Source: Tetramitus jugosus (Eukaryota; Protista; Heterolobosea). From it: a DNA stretch of 64,000 nucleotides. The notes beneath the pieces were generated by a model that saw only the letters and a list, made by a program, of their open reading frames with translations, was not told the DNA's origin and ran no database searches. Position numbers and translations under genes: made by a program. The DNA lies in assembly GCA_937625935.1 (NCBI GenBank), contig OW569394.1, positions 1 to 64,000 on the forward strand, written 5' to 3'. Of this stretch, positions 1 to 9,757 are shown in pieces (the first letter of the stretch is position 1; each line of letters opens with the position of its first letter).

Positions 1-876
1 CCAAACCCAAACCCAAACCCAAACCCAAACCCCAAACCCAAACCCAAACCCAAACCCAAACCCAAACCCAAACCCAAACCCAAACCCAAACCCAAACCCA
101 AACCCAAACCCAAACCCAAACCCAAACCCAAACCCAAACCCAAACCCAAACCCAAACCCAAACCCAAACCCAAACCCAAACCCAAACCCAAACCCAAACC
201 CAAACCCAAACCCAAACCCAAACCCAAACCCAAACCCAAACCCAAACCCAAACCCAAACCCAAACCCAAACCCAAACCCAAACCCAAACCCAAACCCAAA
301 CCCAAACCCAAACCCAAACCCAAACCCAAACCCAAACCCAAACCCAAACCCAAACCCAAACCCAAACCCAAACCCAAACCCAAACCCAAACCCAAACCCA
401 AACCCAAACCCAAACCCAAACCCAAACCCAAACCCAAACCCAAACCCAAACCCAAACCCAAACCCAAACCCAAACCCAAACCCAAACCCAAACCCAAACC
501 CAAACCCAAACCCAAACCCAAACCCAAACCCAAACCCAAACCCAAACCCAAACCCAAACCCAAACCCAAACCCAAACCCAAACCCAAACCCAAACCCAAA
601 CCCAAACCCAAACCCAAACCCAAACCCAAACCCAAACCCAAACCCAAACCCAAACCCAAACCCAAACCCAAACCCAAACCCAAACCCAAACCCAAACCCA
701 AACCCAAACCCAAACCCAAACCCAAACCCAAACCCAAACCCAAACCCAAACCCAAACCCAAACCCAAACCCAAACCCAAACCCAAACCCAAACCCAAACC
801 CAAACCCAAACCCAAACCCAAACCCAAACCCAAACCCAAACCCAAACCCAAACCCAAACCCAAACCCAAACCCAAA
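1..876. repeat. Telomeric array (CCCAAA)n, G-strand TTTGGG; chromosome terminus
   Basis: About 146 essentially perfect hexamers from base 1, one CCCCAAA variant near 29-35, abrupt junction to unique sequence at 877. Confidence 0.97.
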
Positions 877-1812
877 TTCACTTTCTTCTCAAAAATCAAA
901 AATTTCATCCAAATTCAAAACAGAATCGATCTATCATCTAAAATCTGGTCAAGCAAGATAAATGGAAGTTAAAGCCACTCAGCCCATTTCTATTTCCATC
1001 TTGTGACGTTCACTCCTTAGTTTTTGTCGAAAATAGAAATCTTCTCATTAATTGCTCAACATCTGGAAGGATAAAAGGCAATCAAGTGAGTAAATACATG
1101 TTTTATGAGCTATCAATTCTATTTCACTTCAGTTATGACGGGTTGGGTCTGGGTATTCAACTCTGCATCCAAGGAAGTCTGAACAAATAGAAATATATTT
1201 CTCTCATGAGCCAATCTCACTCCAAAATAGTATTTTCTGCAATATTTCTCAGTCAATTACGTTCATAGGTGTGAATTCTTATCAACCAGCAAGATCTACT
1301 CTTATTTTATGAAGATTGGGCCTGGACTTTCACTCTGCACTAATCTTACGAACTGAGAAGTTTAAATATTATTCTGCCTGTCAAATATGTCAAAATATTC
1401 CCTTCAACAATGAAATGTCTCGTTCACCATCAATAATTCGGTTCAAATTAATTGATTTCGCCAGAACAAGAGTGTTTCATAGCATTCACAAAACGAAACT
1501 CAAAAATTTAGCCTATTCTACCGAAAACATCCCATTCAACAACGAAATATCTCCATCATATCCAGATTATCTCTAAAACTGGTGGAAATATTTATCTCAA
1601 GAGAATTTCAAGTCAATCAAAAGTCATAGTATTGAAATGCAACTCAATGCGCCAAAAATCAACAAAAAATGACAGAAATAACAGATGTAATGCTTCAAAT
1701 GAATACAAGAGGTTTAAAATTCCTGTCTAAAATCTGTAAAAAATGTTCTCTTATCATACAGTCCAGTGCTAATCTCATGTTATTCTGAAAAAATCTAACA
1801 TAAAAAATCTGT

Positions 1813-1899
1813 TGCAGTTTTAATCCTGTTGGAGAGAAAATCTGTTAGATACAGCAGGGAGCGATCGTCTCTTCGAGACGATGCAGTTTTAATCCTGTT
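1813..1899. repeat. 18-bp direct repeat TGCAGTTTTAATCCTGTT flanking an 8-bp hairpin, among AAAATCTGT-like motifs
   Basis: Copies at 1813-1830 and 1882-1899; ATCGTCTC-ttc-GAGACGAT at 1864-1882. Confidence 0.85.
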
Positions 1900-1950
1900 A
1901 AATTCTGTTAGAGCTCGTTGAGATGAGTAAAATTCATACTGAAAAGTTCC

Positions 1951-2400
1951 TTTGGGTTGGGATTGGACTTATGACATAAATCCCGACCCAAACTCAAAAC
2001 TCTCCCAAAACCATATTTAGACACTCCTCTTCCATAAAAGGCAATGTTTTGTCGGTTCAGAAGCGAATATAAAGTCCCAAACCCAAACCCACCCCAGCGG
2101 AACCAGATAGTTCCTCTGCAAAAAAGCTTTTCTAGGCCGAAATGGCTGGTTCCGCCTATTTTTTCGAGACTCATCAGTCAATAGCTCATAGAGATTTGGG
2201 TTTTCTGAGCTCAAAACCCAACTCCATATCACAGTTTGGGGGATAGTTCAGAATCTATAGTGAGTTTTTCCACACAAAGCTTAAGCTGAACATTTCAAAC
2301 CATGGAGAATACAAAAACAACCTTTACAACGTACAGTTGACTGTATTCAGCCAGTCTTGGCTAGCCGATATGTGACAACCCAAACCCAAACCCAGACCCA
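1951..2400. repeat. Interstitial telomere-like repeats in both orientations, plus inverted repeats
   Basis: Inverted arms at 1951-1964/1979-1992, 2097-2106/2146-2155 and 2196-2204/2213-2221; CCCAAA runs at 2076-2090 and 2378-2400. Confidence 0.8.
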
Positions 2401-2642
2401 ATCAAAAACATTTTGATGAATAAAACATACCCAATGATTACTTTTTGTTTGTTTTTCTTTTTAGTTTTGTTGAAGCTTCACCCTTGATCGACAACCTGTT
2501 AAAACTAGGTTAGGAGCTGAACTGACAAATCATGAACAATGAATGGAATGAATGCTTAAACATAGATCTAGAAGACAAATGACAAAGGATCTCCATCGAG
2601 AGATTGAGTTGTTGTTTGCACCAGAGTCAAAAGGGCCAAGGC

Positions 2643-3630
2643 TTACGTGATAACCAAAACCCAAACCCAGTAACTTGGATTTTTCGACTTTGCAATGATC
2701 TGGACCGGTGGCTTGGGCAACATTAACAACAACACAATTGCTTGATGTTTCATGTCCGATGTTCCAGACAAACATTCAATGAGCCACTGGTATGGACACA
2801 CGATTTTTGTTTTCTTCACACACCAGTCAATCGCATGTTGTTTGGCTCGCAACCAATTGTACAGCAACCAGGGCTTTGCTGTCAACTCTTCTAGAAGCAA
2901 CTCTTTTCGATCCCATAAACAACTACCCAAACTACAAACCAACAACTCATCCTTGTCCAGTAAATTGACTAGTGCTTTCATGACAAACGCCGTCTCGAAG
3001 AACTTGACCAGTGTTGTAGGCTCACAGCTCAACAAGAATGCCATCCGTCTTAAATCATGGGGCTCGATCGCTACATTACCCGGTTGTTCAAATACAATTT
3101 GTAACCGCCCTCCATGGACACGATGTAGAAGCGTTCCCTTCTTCACAACCTCGAAGTATCGTGATCCAATCTCTAACAACTCTTCGCGTGGCACATTCCC
3201 TTTCGACACCACAGACAGTTTCTTCGAATTCACACCAACAAAACTCTCTAGTCCATTGTAACGGTTTAGATAATAATTGCCAACCATTGTTTTGAAATGG
3301 CGCATGTGTCTCTTCACCACCTGGAGGATCTGAGTATACAATAGGTTGTGTTGAAGGGTATGCAACTTGATCAGACTCTTGTTGCATTTGCTGTCTGACA
3401 GGTGCTTGCTGTCTAACAGCTTGTCTCACTTGTTGTGCGTTCTGAGACTTTTGTGTTGGTCTGATTCTCTGTTGCAAGTCAACCTTCATATCAGACAATT
3501 TGTTTAACAATGGTGTGATTGATACAGCTGTTGGCTCTTCTGGCATCTCTTCTTGATGTACCCAGCTTCCATAGTAGCTGTGGTTATCATCATCCTCATC
3601 ATAACGTTGGTGTTGTGCTCTGTTATTCAT
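2643..3630 (-). pseudogene. Orphan gene split across two overlapping frames (3630-3088 Q-rich N-terminus; 3365-2643 globular part)
   Basis: Two protein-like ORFs overlap out of frame; the last codons (WVWVLV) are telomere-like TGGGTTTGGGTTTTGG. Confidence 0.45.
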
Positions 3631-3771
3631 CTCGCTTGCTGTTTGGATTTTACTACCTAATACATTGTGTAGATAAAATTTTAAGAGTTTACAGCATAAT
3701 GATTAGTACTATAACTATTCTGAATAGTATCTTCGCTTTTCTTCAAGGAGAACGTTACATCAGTATCAAGG

Positions 3772-4518
3772 ATGTTCAAGGAAACTTCACTTCCATCGCC
3801 TGATGCAGATAGAATAATTCCTTCAATGAGGTTGTCACAGTTTATGAGTATGCTATACAATGCTGGAAAGCTGGATGTTACTCATTCACTATCTGATAGA
3901 GCTTCATTGAATAATCAGAAGCATGTGTTTGTAGCAAAGCCATTGCCAGTGAACTTTGTTGCAAGAACCTATCCTGTTGTGCCATTCTTGCATCCAGATC
4001 ATCCTACTCTAAGAATTCTAGGTGCAATCATGGCACCAGAGTTGCATAAAGAAATTAGAGAGAAAGGAGGTGCATATGGCTCAAGATCTGCAGTGGACTC
4101 AACTGGTATCTTCAAATTCTCTTCCTACAGAGATCCAAATACAATCAAATCCATTCATGACATTGATAAAGTAATTCAATGGATCTGCAATAGAACAGAT
4201 GTACCAATTACTACTCAACAGATCAATGAAGCAAAGCTAAAGGCTTTCCAGGCAATAGATGCTCCACATTCAAAAGTCAGAAGTTGGTTCCCATATCTCT
4301 TACATAAACCTGCAATAGTGAATGATGAAATTAGAAGATTATACAGATTGAAATTACTGGAAGTGAATGAATCTAATCTTGTATCTGCATGTGTTCAATA
4401 TTTAGAGAAGAATGAAAATAGATCAAGAATGTCTATTATTGGAAATAAGGATGAAGTTCCAGAAGAAATTAAATCTTCAGAAGAATGGATAATAGTGAAT
4501 GAAGAACTGTCAGTTTAA
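3772..4518 (+). CDS. C-terminal fragment of M16C presequence protease (PreP/Cym1/pitrilysin-like)
   Basis: LHKEIREKGGAYGS and FSSYRDPN motifs; no N-terminal HxxEH domain; stop codon shortly upstream in frame. Confidence 0.85.
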   Translation: MFKETSLPSPDADRIIPSMRLSQFMSMLYNAGKLDVTHSLSDRASLNNQKHVFVAKPLPVNFVARTYPVVPFLHPDHPTLRILGAIMAPELHKEIREKGGAYGSRSAVDSTGIFKFSSYRDPNTIKSIHDIDKVIQWICNRTDVPITTQQINEAKLKAFQAIDAPHSKVRSWFPYLLHKPAIVNDEIRRLYRLKLLEVNESNLVSACVQYLEKNENRSRMSIIGNKDEVPEEIKSSEEWIIVNEELSV

Positions 4519-5294
4519 TAATCTTCATCGAATTCTTGATCCTTCTGTTTAGTAATAATTGTATCAGAAGTAAAAAGCCATATTTGATTATTATTCATTT
4601 CAAATAGATATTCACTACGTTTGGCAAATGTTCCACTAGATACTTTTGATTTCAATGAATTAATGGATTGAAGTAATTCACGATATTTAGTTCTTTGTTC
4701 CATTGGAAAGTGAACATCTGTGACACTGCATCTACTTGGATCTAATTCATAGTTATCTTCCATTAAATGATCCGAACACACTTTAATTTCTGGTAGTGAG
4801 CTATTGAAATTGACATAATATTCTTCATCTATTGTTGTCACTTCATCTATATCATTAGTTGTGACAATATCTTCACGATCATCTGAAGAGTGTAACCTCA
4901 AGTCAAAACTTTTATCAATCTCAATCTCTAGAGTTAAATGGCTCCTTTGTTCAGTGTCACTGTCATCATCACTTCCATATGCTGCATCAACCCAAGCTTC
5001 ATACGATCCAAACAATGTTTCAGAATATCCCTTACTTTTGCTAATAAATGAACGATACAGTTCCAGTTGTTCATTGAAAATCATTGGTGTCACAATTGAT
5101 TTCCAATTAGAACACACTAATAGTATTGCATGTTTCTTCTTGAATTGCAAGTATTGAAATATCTGTTCTAATAGTTCAGCTGGTACACTTCCAAACAATC
5201 TACTGAATTCAGGAGTCGCTGTTGTATTAGCAACAGGATTTAACTTTCTCTTCTTATTTGTACTTTGTATGCCTCCGCGTTGTCTTCTCGTCAT
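4515..5294 (-). CDS. F-box protein
   Basis: VPAELLEQIFQYL...LLVCSNWKSI F-box; basic NLS-like N-terminus; stop overlaps the M16 ORF stop. Confidence 0.8.
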   Translation of the reverse strand: MTRRQRGGIQSTNKKRKLNPVANTTATPEFSRLFGSVPAELLEQIFQYLQFKKKHAILLVCSNWKSIVTPMIFNEQLELYRSFISKSKGYSETLFGSYEAWVDAAYGSDDDSDTEQRSHLTLEIEIDKSFDLRLHSSDDREDIVTTNDIDEVTTIDEEYYVNFNSSLPEIKVCSDHLMEDNYELDPSRCSVTDVHFPMEQRTKYRELLQSINSLKSKVSSGTFAKRSEYLFEMNNNQIWLFTSDTIITKQKDQEFDEDY

Positions 5295-5322
5295 TTTTTT
5301 TGCGTGTGTGACAAGTGGTCGA

Positions 5323-5335
5323 TTGGCGCCAAAAA
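5323..5335 (-). promoter_or_regulatory. E2F-like site TTTTGGCGCC upstream of the F-box gene
   Basis: Matches TTTSSCGC about 30 bp upstream of the ATG; palindromic TTGGCGCCAA core. Confidence 0.3.
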
Positions 5336-5474
5336 GTATCGTTGAATATTCTTCTGATCAACAACTCTACCTGAAGGTTCAACGTCTATTTTTAATAACA
5401 CAACAATTCCGCAAACAATTTGCATTTACAGTAGAAAGTTCTTTTCAAGCGTTTATTGTTCGGGTCTCAACTTC

Positions 5475-5828
5475 TTATCGAAATATTCTACTACTATGGA
5501 CACTAGTAGAATAAGTACAAGCACAATAGGACCGGTATAGTCTTTGTTGATCACACATTCTGTTGTAAATGCTGCAATAGCCGATACTACACAGGCGCAT
5601 AGAGAACATGTTATTTATTGCGTACTGTAAACCCTTTTCTGTTGGTTCTATCTTCATGAGAGACATGAGTATTAGCTCTACCATCAACAACACGAATGAT
5701 GTGATCAGAGCTATGAAACTGGATGCGACACTATCCATTCCATTGCAACGAAGTGTCGTGAATATTGTGAACGACTGTGTAAGGAAGATCAACGTCAGTA
5801 TCATTAGTATAGCTACTCCACCGTACAT
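5475..5828 (-). CDS. Small hypothetical membrane protein (2 TM)
   Basis: Two hydrophobic helices; ATG 5 bp after the upstream stop. Confidence 0.5.
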   Translation of the reverse strand: MYGGVAILMILTLIFLTQSFTIFTTLRCNGMDSVASSFIALITSFVLLMVELILMSLMKIEPTEKGLQYAINNMFSMRLCSIGYCSIYNRMCDQQRLYRSYCACTYSTSVHSSRIFR

Positions 5829-5833
5829 TTGTT

Positions 5834-7851
5834 TTATTGTTCAAAGTTCTTTCTGACAGCGAAGAATTCAATGTGAGTAGTACCCTTTGAGATCAACTTG
5901 GTGTATGGGTTCTGATTAGCAGCTTCAGACTTGTCTTGTTCAAGTGTGACGTAGCAGTAGGCAGTGATAAACTTTGCCAATTCGTCTGGAGATGAATAGA
6001 CTTGTCTGACTAGCTCAATATCAGAATGCCCAACCAAAGCATGGAAAGTGTAAGGATAGTCTTCTGCATCGATCAAGTATGGCTTCTCTTGTGCATCCAT
6101 GTCTTCTCCTTCCATCTTCGACAATCCACCCCCAAATAACATCTTCAGACCTTCATGTGACAATCTGTTGACGTTAACAAGTTCAGCAGACTCGTTAAAA
6201 GGTAGTGGTTGAACAAAGTTCATAGGCATAGTTAAAGGAAGCTTGATCTTGGTCTTTGGATCAACTGACATGAACACAATATCAACAGCCTTCTTCACTG
6301 CTTCATCAGTTATGGTATCAAACTGTGCCTTATTCTTACCAGTTATTGCTACAATCACCTTCTTCATGAACACAGGATCTATCTTTGGATATCTATCAGG
6401 TTGTAACAAGGTTTTCAGTCTTCTGACTTTCAGAACAAGTGGATAAGTAGTACTTGTTTCGGTAGTTTCAACTTCAGCTGCTTTAGAACCAGTCTTGTCC
6501 TTGTCAAAACCATCAACCAATTCCACGTCAAAGTGGTTAGAGTGAAGGATTCTATCTGAAGCAAATGGACTACTAAATCCAAGTTCTCTTACATGATTTC
6601 CCCACATAACAAACTCAGCTTTGACTGTTACATCTGTTTCAGCAGTGAACGATTCAAAGAGAGTTACATTGATGGAAGGGAAAGCCTTGTCGTTCTCTCT
6701 TTCTCTGGCTTTCTTAGCAGCATCTGTATCAGGTTCTTCTGAAGAAGTAGTAGCAACTGGTTTAGCACCGACTGTCTTTTTCTCTTTCAATTCAATAAAC
6801 TTGGTGATCAAACAAGAACCTCTACATGGATTTGAATCATGAGCATCCCAATCAATGTTATCAACGGTGTAAGAAGCACCATATAATCTGGAGTTGAGAA
6901 TAAAGGTCTTGTTGTCAACCAGAAGCTTCATCAAATGACTCTGGGAAATCAAATAGTCCTCTATCACTGACCAGCTTTAGATTAGCCATTCTAGCTTCAA
7001 GAGAAGTCTACAGAGATTGATTCACATGAGAGGAAGAACGAGATCTTATCCTTATTGTCAGTCTTAGCCTTATCAGTGGTCTCTGCTGGTTGATCAGTTG
7101 AAGCTGATGACTCTGAGTCTGTTGCCTCACCGTCTGTAGCAGTTTCACTTTTGGCAAATGACAATTCTTCAGTAGAATTATGTTCAATAGGTAGTGTGAA
7201 CTTGAGATCGTTTCTCTTGGTTAGACCTTGCATTGCTAGAAGCTGTCCTTCAACATATTTCACGGACTGACTTACTGAGTTCAGAGTAATCTTCTGATAT
7301 TGATAGAAGCGACTTGGAATACCCTTCTTTGCTCTATCTTCACCTCCCTTAGCATAGATCCAGATATCGATCTCCATGCCATCTCTGATAGCAGTTCCTG
7401 GCTTACCCTCGTAGAACACATTGTGCTTCATCTCTTCTTCTACTTCAGTTCCCTTCTTACCATTGACGGTATAAGGAATAATGTTCACACCAGTATCAAC
7501 ATCAAACCATGCAGCACCTGGCATCTTGGACATCTTCTGAGCATCACCTCTACTGTCAGTTACAAGAACCTTCAATCCAGTCATATCTGGGTTCTTACAA
7601 TCCTTCTGTTGCAGAACCAAACCATTGATCATTGGAAGTGAAGTGTCTCTGACCTTTGCTCCAGACTTTGGTGGTTCGATCTTCTTACCAGATACAGCCA
7701 TCGCCTTTGCAGCAGCAGAAGTCTTATATACTCTTGCTTTCTTAACTGGTGTAGGTTCAGAAGCAGGTTCTTCAGCAGGTCTCTTGACACCACGCGTTTC
7801 AGCTTCCAAAGGTTGATTAATAGCGAGTTCTGCGTCAGTAATGGATGTCAT
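5834..7851 (-). pseudogene. Large orphan protein (~670 aa) broken by two frameshifts (ORFs 7851-6997 and 6967-5834)
   Basis: Similar codon bias in both ORFs; third-frame bridge SLEARMANLKLVSDRGLFDFPESFDEA; likely ATG at 7851; basic NLS-like KRPAE..KKAR. Confidence 0.55.
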
Positions 7852-8056
7852 TTGATGTTGCAATGTGACTTGTTTTGTTTGTTTTGTTTGTTGTGATCTT
7901 GGCAATGTTCACAACCATTGTCGCTTTTAACTAGCGCATTTGAGAGTTGTTGTAATGGACCGTAGATGTCATTTTTCCGATGAGACCAACAATTGTCAAA
8001 GAGTCAATTCTCTCAAACCTTTCACACACACCACAACGAACACACTGAACAGCACT

Positions 8057-8932
8057 ATGAACCTCTACCAGACACGTCTTAACACACACATCCCACTTCT
8101 CGTAACCAACATCCATTCCTATCTCACTGTTGTTTACCCAACAGGCGTTGAATACTGGGAGACTGTATTTCCTCACGCGTATGCCACAATGTTATTGCAA
8201 CACCTCCAAGTCATTCAAACTAGTGATGTACTAGTATATATGTCAGAGAACGAGTCACAGAGGCTGCTATATACACCAACTCACCATACTGTCGAGGCAA
8301 GAGATACAACGCGCTCGGTCCAGGCATACACTGCTACTGTAAGAAGTTTTGGATCAATTGCAGAGAGGATAGTATCTGATTTTAAGATGGTTGTCGAGTA
8401 TCGCTCCAAGTCCGAAGTGATAGAAAGCCTGAGAGATTCTCTGATGGGTATTAGTGTCTCCTTTCCAGAGACTCTTGTTACCACAGATCCAAACCAAGTG
8501 TTCATGTATAACCAGATGATTGACATGATACTGAAGAATTATATCAATAGACCAGAGGCAGATGCACATAAGTTGTCTGTGTTGGAGCTGTCTGATTGTT
8601 ATACGTTAGGTTGTGAAGATGATTCTGTTGCAGCAGCAGCAATAGACATATTGAACGATCTGAACAGAGAGCTCAAAACTAAACATCCTCCTGTCATGCT
8701 GAAGCGCAGATCCCAGAATGTCCTGCCACGGACGTGTGTTAAACTGTCTGATGAGGACGACGATGAAATGGAAGAGCAACCAGTTCAAGAGATCATTCAG
8801 CAAGCAGCACCTTTGGGAGATATCACAGGACAACAGTTGTATGATGTGTTGGCTGGTCTGGAATTTTTTGGTGTCTCAAATGATCCAACTGATACAGTAG
8901 ATCGTTTATGCTATTCATCTCTTCTTCACTGA
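8057..8932 (+). CDS. Hypothetical protein, possibly extending by frameshift to 9169
   Basis: Long ORF, likely ATG at 8057, acidic C-terminal region; protein-like downstream frames. Confidence 0.55.
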   Translation: MNLYQTRLNTHIPLLVTNIHSYLTVVYPTGVEYWETVFPHAYATMLLQHLQVIQTSDVLVYMSENESQRLLYTPTHHTVEARDTTRSVQAYTATVRSFGSIAERIVSDFKMVVEYRSKSEVIESLRDSLMGISVSFPETLVTTDPNQVFMYNQMIDMILKNYINRPEADAHKLSVLELSDCYTLGCEDDSVAAAAIDILNDLNRELKTKHPPVMLKRRSQNVLPRTCVKLSDEDDDEMEEQPVQEIIQQAAPLGDITGQQLYDVLAGLEFFGVSNDPTDTVDRLCYSSLLH

Positions 8933-8977
8933 TCTGTGGCATAGTTGTTTATCTGTTTGTTTACACGAAAAACTCTG

Positions 8978-9064
8978 CTGTCCAATCAACATCTAATTTA
9001 TCAGTTGGCTCATCTGTCCTTTCAGCATCTAATGTATCAGTTGGCTCATCTGTCCAATCAGCAG
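8978..9064 (+). repeat. 36-bp tandem repeat, ~2.4 copies
   Basis: CTGTCC..TCA.CATCTAAT.TATCAGTTGGCTCAT units starting at 8978, 9014 and 9050. Confidence 0.85.
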
Positions 9065-9158
9065 TTTCTGGACAATATCAGTGAAGATGAACTCAACAAA
9101 CTAGTACAGACACACTGGGTGGATAGTATGATGTTTACACAAGAGGAAATAAATGATC

Positions 9159-9722
9159 TTATACTCTAATAAGTCTTCTAACTAATTCTTCGCGCGACTT
9201 CACACTCTCTACATGAACTACTACTATAGCTCTCCATACGATCAACACAACAAACAGAACAGCGTCACCAATAGCCAACCAGAGGACTGTATCGAACAAT
9301 GACTTGTGAATAGAACAGTACCAGAAGTTAGCACAGTCCAGTCTCACTATATTGTAAACTATTGCAAGTAATCCTCTAATACCAGCAGCTGCTAGTAACT
9401 CAAACATGAACAATCCATGAAGTACCTTTGTTCGTATCTCAGATATTAGATAGACCAGATACCAACCAATACCCAATCTGATAACGAAACTCATGAACAT
9501 GAACCAGATTATACTAAAGACCTTTGTTTCAGCTTGATCTTGTGCTCCAAGAGATTTGTATATTGGTATATCATCAGCAGCTAGATTTTTATTGGACCAA
9601 ACCATCTGTGTCTGCATAGCAAACTCTATTAAGAACATGATCAGACAAAGTGCGGATATGGCATAACCTATCCAACACAGTCCATCAAGAAGAATGTCTC
9701 TAACTAAAGATTTCTGACTCAT
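9159..9722 (-). CDS. Hypothetical 4-TM membrane protein
   Basis: Four hydrophobic segments, CANFWYC loop, basic tail. Confidence 0.7.
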   Translation of the reverse strand: MSQKSLVRDILLDGLCWIGYAISALCLIMFLIEFAMQTQMVWSNKNLAADDIPIYKSLGAQDQAETKVFSIIWFMFMSFVIRLGIGWYLVYLISEIRTKVLHGLFMFELLAAAGIRGLLAIVYNIVRLDCANFWYCSIHKSLFDTVLWLAIGDAVLFVVLIVWRAIVVVHVESVKSREELVRRLIRV

Positions 9723-9757
9723 TTACTGTCTGTAGCTTTACATGATAGCTGTACGAT

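Noticed and set aside
1908-2232. Short Trp/Gly/Phe-rich ORFs on the minus strand
   Set aside because: Translations of telomere-like repeats; no coding signal
6974-7011. Possible 37-nt GT-AG intron joining the 7851 and 6967 ORFs
   Set aside because: Splicing leads into the third frame, which stops at ~6914, not into the downstream ORF
8978-9064. 36-bp repeat as CRISPR-like array
   Set aside because: Tandem units with no spacers; eukaryotic context; no cas genes
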